Assembly: GCA_032128375.1 (NCBI GenBank)
Contig: JAQBGU010000203.1
Span: 1-22,189, forward strand
DNA: 22,189 bases
From: Deltaproteobacteria bacterium
GTDB lineage: Bacteria > Myxococcota_A > UBA9160 > SMWR01
Direction of reading: 5' to 3'
The stretch's first letter is position 1, and each line of letters opens with the position of its first letter. Of this stretch, positions 17,443-22,189 are shown piece by piece. Position numbers and translations under genes: made by a program. The notes beneath the pieces were generated by a model. That model made no database searches, was not told the DNA's origin, and saw nothing but the letters and a program-made list of their open reading frames with translations.

Positions 17443-17957
17443 CACCGGAGCCGGTGCGTTCGAGTTCGTCACTTGCGGTGCGCTCTGGGCTCGGCGCCGT
17501 ATGGTTCTCGCTCTGGTTCTTCATCGTGTTCCCCGCCTGGGTACTGTGGTGGAGCGGGCAGGGCTGGGCGCTGGAATTCGGCTTGCATTTCTGGTCCGGA
17601 TCGGGCCTGATAGCCGCGGCCCACGTTGTGTTGGTCGCGGAAATCGTCGCGTTCGCCCGCAGGGGTGGGACCCATGTTCCGCTCGACCCACCCCCGTCGC
17701 TGATTTCCGATGGATTGTACGGGCGGGTGCGGAACCCGATGTACGCGTCCTACATTGCGATCGCGATCGGAGAGGCGATTGCGTACCAGTCGTGGGCGCT
17801 GCTTGGCTACAGCCTGCTGCTCGCAGCAGGCGTACACGGATACGTGATCTACGTCGAGGAGCCGGGGCTGTGGCGGCGATTCGGCGAAGACTACGAACGC
17901 TACACGGCCAGGTCCGGTCGTTGGTTCCCACAGATTCGAAAAGTCTCTTCGCACTGA
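17439..17957 (+). CDS. Isoprenylcysteine carboxyl methyltransferase / PEMT-family membrane methyltransferase
   Basis: GGTHVPLDPP, GLYGRVRNPMY and EEPGLWRRFGEDYERY...RWFP motifs; GTGA overlap. Confidence 0.88.
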   Translation: MTPEPVRSSSSLAVRSGLGAVWFSLWFFIVFPAWVLWWSGQGWALEFGLHFWSGSGLIAAAHVVLVAEIVAFARRGGTHVPLDPPPSLISDGLYGRVRNPMYASYIAIAIGEAIAYQSWALLGYSLLLAAGVHGYVIYVEEPGLWRRFGEDYERYTARSGRWFPQIRKVSSH

Positions 17958-17969
17958 CCCAGCGGAATG

Positions 17970-19397
17970 CTAGCTGCGTCGGACTTTGCCTGTCGGCGTG
18001 CGCTCGAGCGATTCGACCAGCCGGAACTCGCGCGGGATCTTGTAGGTGGGCAGGGCGTCCCGACAGTGGCTGATCAGTTCCGATCGCGCAGGCGCGGCGT
18101 CGGGATTGACCGCAACGATTTCCGCACACGGTATTTCGCCGAGGTGCGCGTGCTCGATCGCGAACACGCGACTCTCGGCGACAGCGGGGTGCGTGTCGAG
18201 GACCGCTTCGACTTCCTCGCCGAAAAATTTCATCCCAGCCATGCAGATCCGATTGGCGCGACGGCCCGCGAGGTGCAGGTCTCCATCCGTGTCGAACCAA
18301 CCCTGGTCGCCGGTTCGAAATCCATCCGGTTCGAGACACTCGGCTGCCGGCAACCACGGGTCGAGATAAGCGTCGAGCATGCCGGGTCCGCGGATGCAGA
18401 TCTCACCAGTGCGTTCGCGAGATGTCGGTCCGGAAACCGGCGTCCCGTCATCGGCGCGCAACCAGACCTCGTAGTCGGCTAGTGGCTTGCCGAGCGCGGT
18501 GGGCTTGGTTGCGGCCGAGTCGAGGTTCACGACCGGGAGCCCGACCTCGATGATTCCCAACGCCTGCACGAGCGGCAGCGAGAAGCGTTTGGCGAACTCG
18601 TTGGCGATCGATTCGCGCAGGCCTTCCGCCGTGGAGACGGCCAGACGGACCCGATCCAGTTGGATATCGGTCGTGTCCTTCGCGAGCAGTTTGTAATGGT
18701 GGGGCGACGCGTAGATCACGGTCGGCTGCTCGCGTCGTGCGAAGTCGAGTACTTCTCGCGCGAGCGGGCTTGCCGGCAGCAACACGCTCGCACCGTTCGA
18801 GAGATAGAGCAGAATCGACACCACGAAGTGATGGGCCATCGGCAGCAACCACAACACGCGGTCCTCGGGCGAAATTTGAAGCACCCGGTTGGCCGCGGCG
18901 AGTCTCGCTTCGATGGCTCGATGACTGAGGATCACACCCTTGCGTTGGCTGGTCGTGCCCGAGGTGAAGCGCAGGTACGCGGGCGAAACGGCGCGATACG
19001 CGGCTTCGGATTGCGCGTCGCCGGCCAGGCTAACGTCGAGCGGCTTGTGCTCGAAGCCTCCGACCCCTTCGACCAGCAGGCGGTGCAGTCGCGCGCGCTC
19101 GCAAAGCGCGGTGAGAACTTCGCCCTTGTGATCGTCGGGGATCGGAACCAGACAACCGCCAGCGGCCAGCACGCCGAGTGCCAGTTCGATGAAACCGCCG
19201 CCCTGCTTCGCGATCAGGCCACAGCGGTCCCCGGCTGAGAGTCCTTCCGCAACCAGACGCTTCGCGATCGCGTCGAAGTTCCCAACCGCTTCGGCGTAGC
19301 TGACGGTGTTCGAACCACCGTCGCGGTCGTTTTCGACCCAAGCCGCGTGGGCGGCTGCGCGCACCGCGTGTTCGCGAATCCGATCGACGACATTCAC
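17970..19397 (-). CDS. Class I adenylate-forming enzyme (acyl-CoA/ACP ligase)
   Basis: FTSGTTSQRKGV, FRTGDQG, GRRANRI and LERTPTGKV motifs. GTG 19397 lies just downstream of GGGAGG. Confidence 0.88.
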   Translation of the reverse strand: MNVVDRIREHAVRAAAHAAWVENDRDGGSNTVSYAEAVGNFDAIAKRLVAEGLSAGDRCGLIAKQGGGFIELALGVLAAGGCLVPIPDDHKGEVLTALCERARLHRLLVEGVGGFEHKPLDVSLAGDAQSEAAYRAVSPAYLRFTSGTTSQRKGVILSHRAIEARLAAANRVLQISPEDRVLWLLPMAHHFVVSILLYLSNGASVLLPASPLAREVLDFARREQPTVIYASPHHYKLLAKDTTDIQLDRVRLAVSTAEGLRESIANEFAKRFSLPLVQALGIIEVGLPVVNLDSAATKPTALGKPLADYEVWLRADDGTPVSGPTSRERTGEICIRGPGMLDAYLDPWLPAAECLEPDGFRTGDQGWFDTDGDLHLAGRRANRICMAGMKFFGEEVEAVLDTHPAVAESRVFAIEHAHLGEIPCAEIVAVNPDAAPARSELISHCRDALPTYKIPREFRLVESLERTPTGKVRRS

Positions 19398-19399
19398 GT

Positions 19400-20716
19400 T
19401 CAGTTCCCTCCCGATGCCAGGTCGGCGCTCGAGTCGAGAATCTGGGCGCGAACGCCCGAAGCTGCAATCGCATCGAGGCCGCTGTGCCGATCGGCCGCTA
19501 GCGCTGCAGCCACACCAATCGCTTCGCCGGTTGCCAGCGCAGTTCCGATTACCCGCAGCGAGCCGGCGGCTTCGTGGCTGGCCGACAGACATCGCCCCGC
19601 CATGCCGAGCCTCGCGCAGCGCTGGCTGATCAGGGCGCCGAGCGGGACCGAGCAAGGCCCGATCGGGTACTCGAAACGGGCTCGACGATGATCGGTCCAG
19701 AGCTCGATCGGCCAGTTCGATCGGCAGACTTCATCGGGATCCGATCGTCCCATCAGAACGTCTTGGCGACTGATCTCGTAGCGGCCCACGACACGTCGGG
19801 TTTCACGAACGCCCAGGCGACGCGGCCAGGCATCGATCCGGCTGTGCGCAAAGGCGGGGCGCGTCTCGCGCAGGAATTTTGCGATCTGCTCGGCAGCGCC
19901 GCGGGCCTGCGCGGTAAGTGCGTCGATGTGCTGCGGATCGAGCGGGCGATAGGCGCTGGGTCGCGGAACATTCAGCGTCACGTAGACCTCGTCGCGTCCG
20001 GTGGCGGGTCGAATCAGTACCGATTCGCACTGTTCAGAAATCGCGCCGTCGCGCGCCGCGGCGGCCAACGCGTGTGTCACGCGGAGTTTCGCGAAGCCGT
20101 CCAACTGGCTGCAATCGACCCCGGCCATCCGGAAGATGAACGAGGGAAGTTGCAGCCGGTTGGCGTCCGTTTCAGCGGTCGGTGCGTCCGCCAAACTGGC
20201 AACGGTCGCGTCCCCGCTCGAATCGATGACGATGTCGGCGGCAATGAAATGGACTCCGGAGGCTCCGCGATCGATGCACAAGCGAGCCGGGTCACCCGAA
20301 TCGAATGCGGCCTCGACCAGCTCGGAACCGGTCGAGACCTCGAGCCCGTTGGTCTTGTCGCACAGCGTCGCGACGTGCCTGGCGAAACGAGGCGGGTCGA
20401 GCGGCAACACGTAGACCCGGCCGGCGCGTACCGGGGGAGACGCCGCACCGACGCTGAGCAATTCATTGGCCAGCAGGCGCGGGAACCCCGGATGCAACGG
20501 CTCGGCGTGATCTGACGTTTCGTAGAGCCCGCAGATCGTGTGAACGAATGCGTTGGCGGCATTGCCGCCCAGCTGCGCAGTTCGCTCCACGAGCAACGTG
20601 TGTGCACCGCAGCGGGCCGAGGAAAGCGCCGCAGCGATTCCCGCGGGGCCTCCCCCGACCACGACGACATCGAAGTCCTGTGATGCTTTCGCGCGCTCGG
20701 CCCTTTTCTCAGCCAA
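19400..20716 (-). CDS. FAD-dependent oxidoreductase (FAD_oxidored / PF12831-like)
   Basis: VVVVGGGPAG, LGG, IDSSGDA, GVRETRRVVG and AGRCLSASHEAAGSLRVIGTALATGEAIG motifs. Confidence 0.87.
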   Translation of the reverse strand: MAEKRAERAKASQDFDVVVVGGGPAGIAAALSSARCGAHTLLVERTAQLGGNAANAFVHTICGLYETSDHAEPLHPGFPRLLANELLSVGAASPPVRAGRVYVLPLDPPRFARHVATLCDKTNGLEVSTGSELVEAAFDSGDPARLCIDRGASGVHFIAADIVIDSSGDATVASLADAPTAETDANRLQLPSFIFRMAGVDCSQLDGFAKLRVTHALAAAARDGAISEQCESVLIRPATGRDEVYVTLNVPRPSAYRPLDPQHIDALTAQARGAAEQIAKFLRETRPAFAHSRIDAWPRRLGVRETRRVVGRYEISRQDVLMGRSDPDEVCRSNWPIELWTDHRRARFEYPIGPCSVPLGALISQRCARLGMAGRCLSASHEAAGSLRVIGTALATGEAIGVAAALAADRHSGLDAIAASGVRAQILDSSADLASGGN

Positions 20717-20720
20717 CGGC

Positions 20721-22124
20721 TCAGCCCAGCAGGTCGCGCAGCAGCTGCTCGCGAAGAATCTCGCGTTCTTTGTCCGACACCGAAGTTTCCTGATACACGT
20801 GAGTCGCGTTCAGGCGCCCGCCACGCAGGCTCATCGCAATACAGCTGCCAGGGGATGGTGGTACCGGCGCCACGTGGAAACCGTTGCGAATCTCGGCACC
20901 CAGGAAACGATCGACGCCCTTCATGAAATCACCCGTGAACGCAAAAAAGAACGAACACAGTTCTCCCTTGAAATCTCGTCGCGCCATGTGGCTGTAGACG
21001 CGCTTCGGCGCGAAGCGCGCGAATTCCATCGCGTGGACGGCGTTTTCGACGTGGCCGGCTTTGATGGCGGCCAGCCGCTGCGCTTTGAGGTGCGCGATGA
21101 GTTCGTCGAGATCTCGGGTCTGGTCGACGTGCGCCTGGAACCAGACCAGCGAGACGTGTGTGCGAAACATCGCCTTCGCGGCGCCGCGAGGTCTCAGATT
21201 GACCGGCAGTGGCACCACGAAACTTCCCGGGTCGACGCCGCGCGCGCGGAACACGGCCGCATGGGCGCGAATCGTCGCAGCGAGATAGAACAGCATCGGC
21301 GTCATGAAGCCGGCGCGCTGCTTTGCGCGTTCCACTACCGAGCTCGTCTGTTCGGGCGAAAGTGTAAGCAACTCGTAGCGCAGCGATTGAGGGACGCGGC
21401 GCAAGGGACCGGCGAGCGACCGCGGCGGCGCGCTCGCGAACCCGCTGAGCCATTTCTGCCACGCTTGTGCCGCATCGCCGCGTTGGCGCAGGGTCAGCTG
21501 CGATGGCTCGACGGGGTCGAATTCGTCCGGACACGGCAGTTCTGTCGGACTGGATACTCCCCGATAGCAAGCATCCAGCCATCCCATGAATGTCTCGCTG
21601 CCGGACCCGTCGAGCAGCATGTGAACCCAACTCGCCGCCAGATCCGTGCCCGCAGCACCTCCTTTGTATCGAACCGCGTCGAAGCGCAGCAGCTCTCCGC
21701 GCGATGCATCCATCCGCGAGTTGATCGGCCGGACCAGCGCATCGGGAAAGTCGGCGTCGTCCGGCTGGGGTGCGTCCACATCGATCACGTTCAACGCCGG
21801 GGTCGGCGCGCGCGCGGCATCGGCAATACGGAACACCGGCGCAGCGATTCGAAAGCGTTTGCCGATCGGTGCGCGAACAATCGGCTGCGCGTGCGCCACC
21901 TGTTCTATCAACTTCCGCAGCAGCTCGACGTCGAACCCGGGACCCAGCCGCAACACGAGCTGTGACACATGATTGGCGCCCGATTTTCGCCGGATCTCCG
22001 CGTCGAATGCGCGCAGGAAACAGTCCGCCCCGGTCAGCGGGATGAAGGCGCGCTTGTCGGCGTTACTTCCCAACGACTCCACTCCTGCGGTGATCGCCCT
22101 CGCGCCTGTTCGTTCGGAGCGCAA
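20721..22124 (-). CDS. Standalone condensation-domain-like / CoA-dependent acyltransferase (HxxxDG)
   Basis: HMLLDG at 21606-21623 and VVPLPVNLR; ~450 aa, the size of a two-lobed CAT-like fold. Start uncertain (22124, 22082 or 22073). Confidence 0.75.
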   Translation of the reverse strand: MRSERTGARAITAGVESLGSNADKRAFIPLTGADCFLRAFDAEIRRKSGANHVSQLVLRLGPGFDVELLRKLIEQVAHAQPIVRAPIGKRFRIAAPVFRIADAARAPTPALNVIDVDAPQPDDADFPDALVRPINSRMDASRGELLRFDAVRYKGGAAGTDLAASWVHMLLDGSGSETFMGWLDACYRGVSSPTELPCPDEFDPVEPSQLTLRQRGDAAQAWQKWLSGFASAPPRSLAGPLRRVPQSLRYELLTLSPEQTSSVVERAKQRAGFMTPMLFYLAATIRAHAAVFRARGVDPGSFVVPLPVNLRPRGAAKAMFRTHVSLVWFQAHVDQTRDLDELIAHLKAQRLAAIKAGHVENAVHAMEFARFAPKRVYSHMARRDFKGELCSFFFAFTGDFMKGVDRFLGAEIRNGFHVAPVPPSPGSCIAMSLRGGRLNATHVYQETSVSDKEREILREQLLRDLLG

Positions 22125-22149
22125 GGTGTATTGGGACGCGAATTGTCAA
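22123..22149 (-). promoter_or_regulatory. Possible promoter of the convergent operon
   Basis: Perfect TTGACA (- strand, 22144-22149), but -10 candidates (TACACC, CACCTT) sit at suboptimal 13-15 nt spacing. Confidence 0.25.
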
Positions 22150-22189
22150 CCCCCGGACAGCTGACCGTGCACGAGCGAAGCCAGCGATT

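Noticed and set aside
6866..17972. Genome-wide TAG recoding suggested by frequent TAG stops
   Set aside because: TAG ends fabG, thioesterase, MMPL and ligase at their expected C-termini, with next genes in other frames, and no TAG interrupts a conserved domain.
19398..19655. N-terminal extension of the second ligase, and similar extensions of fabG (to 8131), dehydratase (to 8268) and acyltransferase (to 13192)
   Set aside because: They overlap upstream genes or the promoter region and lack homologous character; better coupled starts exist.

Overview
GC-rich bacterial window dominated by an aryl-polyene (APE/xanthomonadin)-like lipid biosynthetic locus (4.4-22.1 kb) arranged as two divergent operons plus a convergent three-gene operon. 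The left operon (- strand) encodes a PlsC-type acyltransferase, two ACPs, an adenylate-forming enzyme fused to a dehydratase, a GT2 glycosyltransferase, an LpxL-type acyltransferase, a hotdog dehydratase, a FabG-type ketoreductase, a putative flavin-dependent halogenase and a COG4648-like membrane protein. The right operon (+ strand) encodes a thioesterase, a LolA-like carrier, an MMPL exporter, a DUF3261-like lipoprotein and an ICMT/PEMT-like membrane methyltransferase. The convergent operon (- strand) encodes an HxxxDG condensation-like acyltransferase, an FAD oxidoreductase and a second acyl-AMP ligase. No ketosynthase or chain-length-factor gene is visible, although the usual slots are closed by overlapping start/stop codons. 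To the left lie a cytochrome P450 with an extra ~150-aa ferritin-like N-terminal domain and a sulfatase. The first ~320 bp are an rpmH end plus a truncated rnpA, joined abruptly to the C-terminal fragment of a PEP-utilizing enzyme, probably a chimeric junction. Three in-frame 12-bp tandem repeat arrays occur, two of them at gene starts. All family calls come from motif recognition, not database searches.
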